The position numbers and the translations under genes are program-made. This document shows, one piece after another, positions 25,565-33,300 of a DNA stretch of 64,000 nt. Below the pieces are notes generated by a model. It searched no databases, was not told the DNA's origin, and was given only the letters and a program-made list of their open reading frames with translations. Source of the DNA: a virus; the IMG/VR virus record IMGVR_UViG_3300045988_167732, positions 32,001-96,000 of that record. One strand, 5' to 3'. Within the stretch, counting starts at the first letter, position 1. Each line of letters starts with the position of its first letter.

Positions 25565-25572
25565 GTTTATAA

Positions 25573-25639
25573 GTGCCGTACCAAGGTTGGAGCTACTCGA
25601 CGGAGAACTTAAGAAGGGGTTCGAATCCCCCACGGTGCA
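25573..25639 (+). ncRNA. tRNA-like minihelix RNA (acceptor plus T-arm, no clear anticodon arm)
   Basis: GTGCCGT/ACGGTGC acceptor, T-loop TTCGAAT. The central 35 nt does not fold as D and anticodon arms. Confidence 0.45.
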
Positions 25640-25696
25640 AGATTGAATTGTTTGGAGTACTACAAACAAGATGGTAAGTTATTGATGATTTAAAAG

Positions 25697-25759
25697 TAAA
25701 CCCTTACAGCAATTTAATTATTTAATTTTTGCTTGAAAAAAGATTAAGGATAGGGTTTA
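25697..25759 (+). ncRNA. P1/ACAGCAA structured RNA, copy 8 (minimal)
   Basis: TAAACCCT..AGGGTTTA stem, TACAGCAA. Confidence 0.6.
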
Positions 25760-25779
25760 GTCCTGTAATGTTGAAAAAG

Positions 25780-25865
25780 TAGACACATACAGCAATTAAA
25801 ATAAAAATACTGGGAAATATATTTAATTGGAATAAATACTTTTTTTAGATTTTTTATTGTGTCTA
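25780..25865 (+). ncRNA. P1/ACAGCAA structured RNA, copy 9
   Basis: TAGACACA..TGTGTCTA stem, TACAGCAA. Confidence 0.6.
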
Positions 25866-25876
25866 GGATTTTATAT

Positions 25877-26010
25877 GCTGATATAGCTCAATAGGTTAGA
25901 GCTTCCGACCACGAAATAGCTTAAGAAAAGCAAAGGATGTAAGTTCAAATCTTACTTTCGTGACCATTATAATCGGAGGGTTGAGTGTTCGAGCCACTCT
26001 ATCAGCACCA
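25877..26010 (+). tRNA. tRNA-Ile(TAT) interrupted by a 57-nt tRNA-like element
   Basis: Canonical arms, anticodon stem TCCGA/TCGGA, A-CCA end. Removing 25910-25966 leaves CTTATAA. Confidence 0.75.
25910..25966 (+). ncRNA. nested tRNA-like element (ACCA end, no anticodon arm)
   Basis: CACGAAA/TTTCGTG acceptor, GCTT-AAGAA-AAGC D-arm, 7-nt linker, GTAAG-TTCAAAT-CTTAC T-arm, A-CCA. Confidence 0.75.
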
Positions 26011-26107
26011 TTTAAATACAGGTAGCATTGGAGTAATTAACCAATGAGAAAATAATGCCCAAACATTAAGCTGTATTTTTTAAAAATTCTTTTGGGAGGA
26101 TTAAAAA

Positions 26108-26905
26108 ATGATTGAGTTAACTGAAGAACAGAAAAAATTAGAATTGTCAAATGATAATTGGAAAATTGTTCCAAATTGGTCAAGATATGAAGTAAATTAG
26201 TATCGGATTCTACGAAACAAAAAAACCAAACATATTTTAACATCAAAAGATAATAAGAGAGGATATTTAATTTATCTTGTTCTTAGAGATGATGATAACA
26301 GAATTCACATTTTGTCAAAACATAAAGCTGTAGCTTTGGCATGGGTTCCCAACCCCTAGAATTTACCTATTATAAATCACAAAGACGAAGACAAATTAAA
26401 TTGCTTTTATTAGAATTTAGAATGGTGTACAAGCAGTTATAATAACAGTTACAACGGGACAGGTAAAAAGAGAAGTGAAAAATTTAAAAAGACTTTTTTT
26501 GTTTATGATTCTGAGCGGAATTTAATAGAAAAAAGAAAAGGCATAAATGAATTTTGCGCAGAAAATAATTTATCTTCTCGGTGTGCTAGTTCTATTTTAA
26601 AAAAGAATAGTGAAGAAGAAAAATGTTATAGTATAAAAGGATTTTATCTTTTTTACGAACAAATAACAAAAGAAGATTTTTTATAGAGAAAGCAAAAAGT
26701 TTTTAATATAGGGAATTTAGGCAAAAAGAAATTTTCTAAAAAAGTTTATCAATATGATTTACAAAACAATCTTCTTCAAATTTATTCTAGTGTACATGAA
26801 GTTAAAGAGAAAAATGATTTAGCTACAACGTCAGTAATAAGTGCTTGTTGTAGAAATAAAATAAAAACTGCTTATGGATATAAATGGAGTTATGTTCCAT
26901 TATAA
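26108..26905 (+). CDS. HNH/NUMOD-type homing endonuclease (4 in-frame TAG)
   Basis: W..VPNWSRYEV, GY..YL, VHR-like KHKAVALAWVPNP, NHKDEDKLN..NLEW, C-terminal AYGYKWSY. All lie in one frame broken only by TAG. Confidence 0.8.
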
Positions 26906-26919
26906 ACAAAAAAATAAAG

Positions 26920-26987
26920 TAGACTCTTACAGCAATTACTTAGAGACTTGTGATTTGGGATTACATATGTTTTGAAAAATGAGTCTA
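26920..26987 (+). ncRNA. P1/ACAGCAA structured RNA, copy 10 (minimal)
   Basis: TAGACTC..GAGTCTA stem, TTACAGCAA, A-run before the 3' arm. Confidence 0.6.
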
Positions 26988-26997
26988 GCTTTATTAA

Positions 26998-27078
26998 GCG
27001 CCTGTAGTCTAATTGGATAAAACAGCACTCTTCTAAAGTGTATTTTTTATACGAGTTCGAATCTCGTCAGGCGTACCA
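26998..27078 (+). tRNA. tRNA-Arg(TCT), CCA encoded
   Basis: Anticodon loop CTTCTAA, T-loop TTCGAAT. Confidence 0.8.
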
Positions 27079-27153
27079 TGAGGAGTAGCATAGCGGCAAA
27101 TGCACTAGTCTCTAAAACTAGGTAAACAGGGTCGGCACCTGTCTCCTCTGCCA
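27079..27153 (+). tRNA. suppressor tRNA, anticodon CTA (reads UAG)
   Basis: Anticodon arm CTAGT-CTCTAAA-ACTAG, T-arm ACAGG-GTCGGCA-CCTGT, G-CCA end. D-loop, anticodon arm and T-loop closely resemble the phage tRNA-Tyr, but the long variable arm is missing. Positions 1:72 form a T-T mismatch. Confidence 0.75.
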
Positions 27154-27159
27154 GATATT

Positions 27160-27196
27160 GAGGGAATTAAATAAAAAATCTTAATTCCCTCTTTTA
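27160..27196 (+). terminator. intrinsic terminator closing the tRNA array
   Basis: GAGGGAATTAA..TTAATTCCCTC 11-bp stem followed by TTTT. Confidence 0.8.
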
Positions 27197-27278
27197 TATA
27201 AAAACAAAAACAAAGCAAACAAAAAACTAAAGTAAAACAAACAAAGTAAAACAAAGAAATTAAAGGAGACAAAAAATT

Positions 27279-27734
27279 ATGTGTGACAACTGCAAGAATG
27301 ACATTTCCCGACCGTCTAACTCTTCCATTGCTTATGGTGTTTATGAGAGTGGTGGCGTAGTCAAGGCTGAGGTAACTGATACTGCATTTGATGCAATGCA
27401 TGTTATTACTCGTCTTTGTGAAAAGGCTGATATGAAGACTATTTCTCTTGAAGGTATTTGGGAGAACACTCTTCTTGAAAACAGCTATCGTGGTAAGGCT
27501 AAGGTAAACCATGCTGATGGTGATAAGTTCGTTGAGGACATTGGTAAGGAGTTTGCTCGTGGCAAGGCTCTTGAAAAGTATCATCGAGCATTTGACCGTA
27601 AGATTCTTGCAATGCTTCTTGATGCACGAGTTTTGGTTGCAACCATTGAACACTATTGTGCTAAGAAGAGCATCAACACTGAAAAGATTCCTTCGATTGA
27701 AGCGATTTCTAAGAAGCGCTTTGGTTGTAAGTAA
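27279..27734 (+). CDS. hypothetical protein
   Basis: AAAGGAG SD; AAG/CTT-type codon usage. Confidence 0.75.
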   Translation: MCDNCKNDISRPSNSSIAYGVYESGGVVKAEVTDTAFDAMHVITRLCEKADMKTISLEGIWENTLLENSYRGKAKVNHADGDKFVEDIGKEFARGKALEKYHRAFDRKILAMLLDARVLVATIEHYCAKKSINTEKIPSIEAISKKRFGCK

Positions 27735-27905
27735 TTAAAAACAAAAGTAATTTATCCAAAATTTTCATAAATTCACTCCAAAAAGAGGAAGAGGTCGAAT
27801 GGCTTCTTCCTTTTTTTACACATTTTTTTGTAGAATTCTTTAATAAATGCTTGACAAGAAAAGATATCTATGGTAATATCTAAACAAATAGAAAGGAGAG
27901 TTGTT

Positions 27906-28319
27906 ATGGCAATTAACAATGCAATTACATACGGAGAAGTCGAGGAATTTTTCTCTACTCTTATGTCTTCTGAGACTCCTAAGATTCGTAAGTATCATGT
28001 TTATGGAATGTATCAGCGCGAACAAGAGAATGAAAAGAAAGTTGCTGAGTTTGAAAAAGCCGCAGGAGCAACTAAGGGTCCTTGGCGTTATTTTGGCACG
28101 ATGATTGGAGAGGACATGTGTGTTCTTACCCTTACTCAGCGTGAAGATACAGAATATTATTTTCCTGCTTATAAAGACAAAGACGGGAAAATTCATGTTG
28201 GTCTTGAAGGCTACAAAGAATTTGATTTTGCAGTTCTTGCTTGTGTAGCTTATAAGTATACAAATTCTACAAATTCAATTCCTTGGATTTGCAAATTAAT
28301 TGATAAAGAGGTAAAATAA
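27906..28319 (+). CDS. hypothetical protein
   Basis: ATG 27906 follows AAAGGAGAG. The track start at 27870 lies inside the promoter. Confidence 0.7.
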   Translation: MAINNAITYGEVEEFFSTLMSSETPKIRKYHVYGMYQREQENEKKVAEFEKAAGATKGPWRYFGTMIGEDMCVLTLTQREDTEYYFPAYKDKDGKIHVGLEGYKEFDFAVLACVAYKYTNSTNSIPWICKLIDKEVK

Positions 28320-28320
28320 A

Positions 28321-28686
28321 ATGCGTAAGCTTAATACGATTCAGAAGAGAAACAACCTTAATACTGTGTACGCAGTTGATGAAAAGGGCATTGGTAATGC
28401 CAACCATGTTTACAATGTTATTGTAACTGATGGTCAGGGTAATGAGACTCCATACTCTATTGCTTTCCAGAATGGTCCTCGCAAGGAAATGAATTCAATT
28501 CATGGACTTCTTGACACAGACCTTCTTGAGATTGTTCGTGACCGTATTCAGGGTTTCCAGTCTGGCGAGTTTGCTTGCCGTGAGAATGCGATTGCACTTA
28601 CTCATCTCGAAGAGTGTTTGCTCTGGATGAATCTTCGTGTTGAAAATCGTGCAGAACGTGGAGTACTTGGTACTTCTAATAAGTAA
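28321..28686 (+). CDS. conserved phage protein of unknown function
   Basis: The QNGPRKE..NG..D..LL.IV.DR..GFQSG.F.CREN..AL.HLEE..LW...R pattern is recalled from many phage genomes. Confidence 0.7.
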   Translation: MRKLNTIQKRNNLNTVYAVDEKGIGNANHVYNVIVTDGQGNETPYSIAFQNGPRKEMNSIHGLLDTDLLEIVRDRIQGFQSGEFACRENAIALTHLEECLLWMNLRVENRAERGVLGTSNK

Positions 28687-28691
28687 TTAAG

Positions 28692-29132
28692 ATGGATAGA
28701 AATAATCTTACTGTAATTAAAGGGGGGAAGGATGAAAATTCTTCTCCTTCTTTAGAAAATAGACCAATTCCAAAGTGCAAATTCTGTTCTCAGCCAATGA
28801 TTGCTGGAGAGAAAGATACCTATTATTGCACTTGTAAGAATTATTTGTCTTATTTACGTTTATTAGAGCAAATGCAAAAGTTAGAAGAGACTTATAAAAC
28901 CAATATGGCTACTTATCAATCTATTGCTCAAAAGCTTTTGCAGGATTCTGATTACTACAAAAAGGTAATTGCTCTTACAAGAAAGAGACAGGAAGAAGAA
29001 AAAGAAGAAAAAAGCAATCCTAAGAAGCCAGTAAAGGTAATTGATTTTACAGAAATAAACAATAATAAAAACAAGACAAAAGCTGAGAACGATGATATTT
29101 TAGGATATTATTGGTTCCCTCCAATTAACTAA
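28692..29132 (+). CDS. hypothetical protein
   Basis: 146-aa ORF with a CxxC..CxC ribbon and a coiled coil. Confidence 0.7.
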   Translation: MDRNNLTVIKGGKDENSSPSLENRPIPKCKFCSQPMIAGEKDTYYCTCKNYLSYLRLLEQMQKLEETYKTNMATYQSIAQKLLQDSDYYKKVIALTRKRQEEEKEEKSNPKKPVKVIDFTEINNNKNKTKAENDDILGYYWFPPIN

Positions 29133-29174
29133 ATTATTAATAAAATAAAACAAAAAGAAAGGAGACAAAGAAAT

Positions 29175-29456
29175 ATGCCACAGTGGGAAAGATGGCAAGG
29201 AGAATTACTTCACAGTCTCCAAGATATTATAACATATAGTCATTTAGGACTTGTATTTACTTTAATTCCAAACGATGAAATTTCTATAGACCAAGAAGAA
29301 AAAGAATTGCATTTGTCAATCAAAGCAATGGTTTATAAGAAATATTATAATTCTATTTCGCCCCCAAGATGGACTTGGAATGATTCTTTAGCATCTGCCA
29401 AAAATAATTTGATGGTATTTATTAATGAATGGTTAAAGAGAAAGGGGTTGTTATAA
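29175..29456 (+). CDS. hypothetical protein
   Basis: AAAGGAGA SD. Confidence 0.7.
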   Translation: MPQWERWQGELLHSLQDIITYSHLGLVFTLIPNDEISIDQEEKELHLSIKAMVYKKYYNSISPPRWTWNDSLASAKNNLMVFINEWLKRKGLL

Positions 29457-29464
29457 TATAAACG

Positions 29465-29827
29465 ATGGAAAATAATAATAAAAAGTTGCATGGTATTTTA
29501 GGATTAATTCTTAATGCTTTTTACTTTTTTATTGGAGCACATTATTTAACTACTTGTCATACGACAAGTATATTATCGTATATTGTTTTAGTAGTAGCCT
29601 TCTCTGTTTATATTGGATATTGTTATACTTTTGGTGTTAAATGGGAGATTAAGCATATTCAATACGATAAAGAAAAAATTGAAAACATAGAAAAGAAGAT
29701 TGAAAGCATGGAGAAAAGTATTAATTATCTCATGGAACACTCTCCTTTAGATGAGGAAAAATATAATAGATATTTAGATATTTCTGAACAAGAGGGTTTT
29801 GACCCAATTACACATCAGAGACTTTAA
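29465..29827 (+). CDS. membrane protein
   Basis: Two TM segments, then a coiled coil. Confidence 0.7.
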   Translation: MENNNKKLHGILGLILNAFYFFIGAHYLTTCHTTSILSYIVLVVAFSVYIGYCYTFGVKWEIKHIQYDKEKIENIEKKIESMEKSINYLMEHSPLDEEKYNRYLDISEQEGFDPITHQRL

Positions 29828-29892
29828 AAAAAATTTTTAAAAAGTATGTAATAAGTACTTGACAAAATAAAAGTTAAGTGCTATTATATAAC

Positions 29893-30168
29893 CAAGCTAA
29901 AGGTAACACTTTAGCGAACTAGAAAAGGCTTAAGACAAGATGTAGCAAGCATTATTTAATTGATTTGGTTGTAAAGCGTTTCACCAACGCAGATTGCTAC
30001 GACGAACTAAACTTGCTTAAAGGTAGTGGGAGCAATCCTCTAAAAGATTTCCGATGGTGGCTTGGAACTTCTCTATTTGACGTAAGAAGGTAAATGGATA
30101 AGGCAACATTCGTGTTAGCGTTTATCGTGTAGGAAATTTTAGAGCAGATAAAAAGAAAGGGAAATACA
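29893..30168 (+). ncRNA. long structured 5' leader or ncRNA downstream of a consensus promoter
   Basis: Promoter TTGACA-N17-TATTAT at about 29858-29886. The following 275 nt have no ORF and contain several nested helices (GCTAAAG/CTTTAGC, GTAGCAA/TTGCTAC, GGTTG/CCAAC). Confidence 0.5.
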
Positions 30169-30531
30169 ATGTCTACTAAAATTTACGAAATTATTCCTTA
30201 TGAAGTAGAAGCTTTAAAGTGGGAAAAAGACAATTGGAACGAAGTGGTAGAATTTTTTAAAGTCCATAATACTGAAATTAAGAATATTGTTAAATATTCT
30301 GAAAAGGAACTTGAAAGTTTTAAGAAGCTTAATAAGACTTGGTTTGAAAAGAAATTTGATAATGAGGGTAGAAATTCTTTTATTGCTTATAGACCAGAAA
30401 ATGATTCTTATGATGAATATGAAGAATTTGTTTTACTTGGAGATTATTTTGTAATTGGAAAAGATGGTTTAGTTTATGTAAAACACGGGCTCAATTTTGA
30501 GAGTATGTTTAGGGAGAAAGAAAATGTTTGA
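30169..30531 (+). CDS. hypothetical protein
   Basis: AAAGGGAAA SD-like motif. Confidence 0.7.
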   Translation: MSTKIYEIIPYEVEALKWEKDNWNEVVEFFKVHNTEIKNIVKYSEKELESFKKLNKTWFEKKFDNEGRNSFIAYRPENDSYDEYEEFVLLGDYFVIGKDGLVYVKHGLNFESMFREKENV

Positions 30532-30901
30532 AGTTAAGTTTCTTCGTCATAATAAAGCAAAATACAGAAGTAATGTTTCTCAAGAGTATTCTTTCAAGAA
30601 AACTTTTAATACTGTAACAGAACTTATGCAGTATTTGGATAAAGCTCCCAGACTTTCTATTTCAGTAGTTAATTATAGTGGTCTTAGCCATTCTGAATGG
30701 TATGCTTTTTGTCAAAAGAGGCATCAGAAAATTTGGAATGAGAGACTTAAATATAAAAAAGACCATCCTGAAATTTCTTGGATTGACCAATATCTTACGC
30801 CTGAACACAAGAAAAGAGAATTCCATAATTTGTTAAAAGGTGGCAAGTTTGAGCCCTCTCATAATCTTCCAAAAAATTATTATAAGAAGCATGATTTGTA
30901 A
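30524..30901 (+). CDS. hypothetical protein
   Basis: ATG 30524 follows GGGAGAAAG. Confidence 0.65.
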   Translation: MFEVKFLRHNKAKYRSNVSQEYSFKKTFNTVTELMQYLDKAPRLSISVVNYSGLSHSEWYAFCQKRHQKIWNERLKYKKDHPEISWIDQYLTPEHKKREFHNLLKGGKFEPSHNLPKNYYKKHDL

Positions 30902-30919
30902 CTTAAATTGATTTAATAT

Positions 30920-30969
30920 AAAGTTGTCAAGAAAAAGTTTTTAGAACTTCTTGACAACTTTATTTTTTT
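30920..30969 (+). terminator. intrinsic terminator whose 3' arm contains the next promoter's -35
   Basis: AAAGTTGTCAAGAA..TTCTTGACAACTTT 14-bp stem plus a T-tract. Confidence 0.7.
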
Positions 30970-30979
30970 GTGGTATACT
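30951..30979 (+). promoter_or_regulatory. sigma70-type promoter embedded in the terminator arm
   Basis: TTGACA-N17-TATACT with a TG extension. Confidence 0.65.
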
Positions 30980-31011
30980 TTATTTACAAAAATATTCAAG
31001 GAGTTTTTGAA

Positions 31012-31257
31012 ATGGAAAAAACTTTTAATATTAAGTGTACGATGGAAGAAAGATGGATTGATTCTTTTCTTTCTATGTTACGTTATATGGAAGCCTGTGG
31101 AAAGATTGGACATTCTACTTTAATTGGTTTCTATAGTGATGGTGATGGAGATTTTAGACCTCTGTTTGAACCTGATGTACAATTTAATAGAGATGACGGC
31201 TATGTTCCTGAAAAGGATAGTGGCAAAATCCCTTCGAGGATTTATGATGCTGGCTAA
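31012..31257 (+). CDS. hypothetical protein
   Basis: ATG 31012 follows AAGGAG. Confidence 0.65.
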   Translation: MEKTFNIKCTMEERWIDSFLSMLRYMEACGKIGHSTLIGFYSDGDGDFRPLFEPDVQFNRDDGYVPEKDSGKIPSRIYDAG

Positions 31258-31286
31258 AAGTTAGCCAAGATTGGAGACTTTGATGA

Positions 31287-31502
31287 TTGGAAGTATTGGA
31301 AAGTAAAACAGTTGTTCCTTTTACGCCAGAAGAATTTGCTGAAAGAGCACAAGAGATTGTAGATTTATGTCAAGGTGATGCAACTCTTTTAAATGGATGG
31401 GGACATAGAGCAATGGATAGTTTAATGGAAGATGTGTTATGGTCTTTAGGTTTTGATAAACGGATTGAAATTTTTGACCAGTTACGTCGGGTAAGGTATT
31501 AA
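31287..31502 (+). CDS. hypothetical protein
   Basis: TTG start follows GGAGA. Start is uncertain. Confidence 0.5.
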   Translation: MEVLESKTVVPFTPEEFAERAQEIVDLCQGDATLLNGWGHRAMDSLMEDVLWSLGFDKRIEIFDQLRRVRY

Positions 31503-31503
31503 T

Positions 31504-32052
31504 ATGAAACAAATTAGAAAAAATGTTTTTGAGACTAATTCTTCAAGTGTTCATTCATTGAGTATTAGTAGTAAAGATAATTATGATTATACTCAATTAG
31601 ATGATTATATTGAAGAAGATTATGGTCACAATGGTTACGGCAAGTATCTAAAATTAAATTTTGAAGCCTTTGGATGGGGTTGGGATTCTGATTTAGATGA
31701 CAATAGCGCAATAGCTAAACTTGAATATATTTTAACTGCTATAACTTGTTTCCAAGGTTATAATGTTAATTGGAGCAGCAAAGAAGATAAAGAAGAAGCT
31801 ATTAAAGAAGTTATGGAATCTGATGATTTCCAAAAGTTTGAAGATGATGTAAAGTACGCTCTTTCTAAACATGATATTCACATTACAGGAATTGAAATTA
31901 GTCCTGATGAAGATGGTTATGTAGACCATCAAAGTCTTGATTATTATGTTTCTGATGGAATGTATTATATTTTTGCAAGAGATGGAATTACATTAGAAGA
32001 TTATATTTTTAATAAATGTTATAGTTTGATTATCGACAATGACAATCACTAA
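31504..32052 (+). CDS. FETNSSS-family protein, paralog 1
   Basis: N-terminus MKQIRKNVFETNSSSVHS is shared with 33301, 34340 and 37840. The C-terminus is acidic. Confidence 0.75.
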   Translation: MKQIRKNVFETNSSSVHSLSISSKDNYDYTQLDDYIEEDYGHNGYGKYLKLNFEAFGWGWDSDLDDNSAIAKLEYILTAITCFQGYNVNWSSKEDKEEAIKEVMESDDFQKFEDDVKYALSKHDIHITGIEISPDEDGYVDHQSLDYYVSDGMYYIFARDGITLEDYIFNKCYSLIIDNDNH

Positions 32053-32192
32053 CGCAAAAATAAAAGAAAACAAGATAGAATAAAAGTGAAATTTTATCGT
32101 ATTAATTTTTATTAAAAAATTAACAATTTTCCTTGTTTTTTACTAAAAAAGTTGCAAAAACAGGGTGAAAAAGCAATTAAGGAGTAATTAAA

Positions 32193-32399
32193 ATGTCTAA
32201 TAATAATAGTTGTATGTTTAAGTGTAAGAAGAAGAACTCAATTGATGGAAAGATTTATCGTGTATATCAGATTATGCCTCTTCCTAATCAGTTTGGTGCT
32301 CTTGGCCTTGTGGGTATTATGTATTGTGAGCAGGATAAGAAGTTTGACGCTAATGATTTGAGCCAGTTTGAAATTATTGAAGAGATTTCCCTTCAGTAA
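32193..32399 (+). CDS. hypothetical small protein
   Basis: AAGGAG SD. Confidence 0.65.
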   Translation: MSNNNSCMFKCKKKNSIDGKIYRVYQIMPLPNQFGALGLVGIMYCEQDKKFDANDLSQFEIIEEISLQ

Positions 32400-32436
32400 T
32401 TAAATCAAAAAACTAACGAAATAATTTAATAAACAC

Positions 32437-32465
32437 TTGACATTTACCTCTCCTTATGATATTCT
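32437..32465 (+). promoter_or_regulatory. sigma70-type promoter with the spacer complementary to the downstream RBS
   Basis: TTGACA-N17-TATTCT (TG extended). ACCTCTCCTTA (32446-32456) is complementary to TAAGGAGAGGT (32480-32490). Confidence 0.65.
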
Positions 32466-32496
32466 TTTATTAGAAAAAATAAGGAGAGGTGTTTTT

Positions 32497-33291
32497 ATGA
32501 ACCTTTGCAATCAGTATAATCGTTTCGTTCGTTTTGTTGGTGATATTCTCATTACTGACCCTTGTTATATTATCCGTGAAGACCGTAAGATGAATTACAA
32601 TACTTATCCTAAGATGGAAGATTATTATTCCAAATACAAGATTATTGGGAATGGACATAAAGGTTATCCTACTCCTGATATGTACGAAGATGTTATTTAT
32701 ATTGAAATGAAGAAACCTCTTCGTATCTACGACCTTCCTGAAAGTCATCGTACTCCTGAGAGAGAAGCGAAGCTTGTTGATGCTTATGAAACGTGGATTA
32801 GAGGGACAAGAACAAAAGACCCTAATATTCACGTGATTCCTCTTTCTCCCACTTACGAAACTGAAAATGAAGCTTACAACAAAGCTGTAGCAAAGTGGGA
32901 TTCTGAACAGGAAGATGACTGGGGAAAGTGCTGCTGCGGAGAAGCCATGGAAAAGCTTGGCCTTAATACTTTTATCGTCTGCGACACTATTTATGGTGAT
33001 TGGTCTTGCACTACTTATAATAGTTTGACTAAAGAAAAGCTTGGAGAGTTCTGTGCTGATTCTGGTCAGGTTGGTATCTTCCTTATGGATGAAGTACTTA
33101 AGTATAATCCTGACCTTGACCTTCCTAAGCATTGTGCTACTATTATTAAAAACTTTGATGGACATGTTCGTGTCAATAAAAAGAATAATGGCAAGTACAC
33201 TTATGATAGCAAAGAATATGATGATATTGTTGCAGAGGTTGAAGGTGTCAGCAATACCTTGAATTTTAAAAGTGCTCAAACTGGATTTTAA
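32497..33291 (+). CDS. hypothetical protein
   Basis: ATG 32497 follows AAGGAGAGG. The track start at 32437 is the promoter -35. Confidence 0.75.
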   Translation: MNLCNQYNRFVRFVGDILITDPCYIIREDRKMNYNTYPKMEDYYSKYKIIGNGHKGYPTPDMYEDVIYIEMKKPLRIYDLPESHRTPEREAKLVDAYETWIRGTRTKDPNIHVIPLSPTYETENEAYNKAVAKWDSEQEDDWGKCCCGEAMEKLGLNTFIVCDTIYGDWSCTTYNSLTKEKLGEFCADSGQVGIFLMDEVLKYNPDLDLPKHCATIIKNFDGHVRVNKKNNGKYTYDSKEYDDIVAEVEGVSNTLNFKSAQTGF

Positions 33292-33300
33292 GGAGATAAT

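Noticed and set aside
30040-30075. T-box riboswitch in the 29.9-kb leader (GATGGTGGCTTGG)
   Set aside because: It is only a weak match to the T-box consensus (GGGTGGTACCGCG). There is no specifier-loop architecture, and the downstream gene is not an aminoacyl-tRNA-related gene.
32470-33279. 269-aa minus-strand ORF. Similar antisense ORFs lie at 11025..11591, 27105..27653, 37191..37766, 62177..62593 and 36334..36813.
   Set aside because: All are antisense shadows of + strand genes with G/T-ending codon bias. They have no independent signals, and every supported gene in the window is on the + strand.
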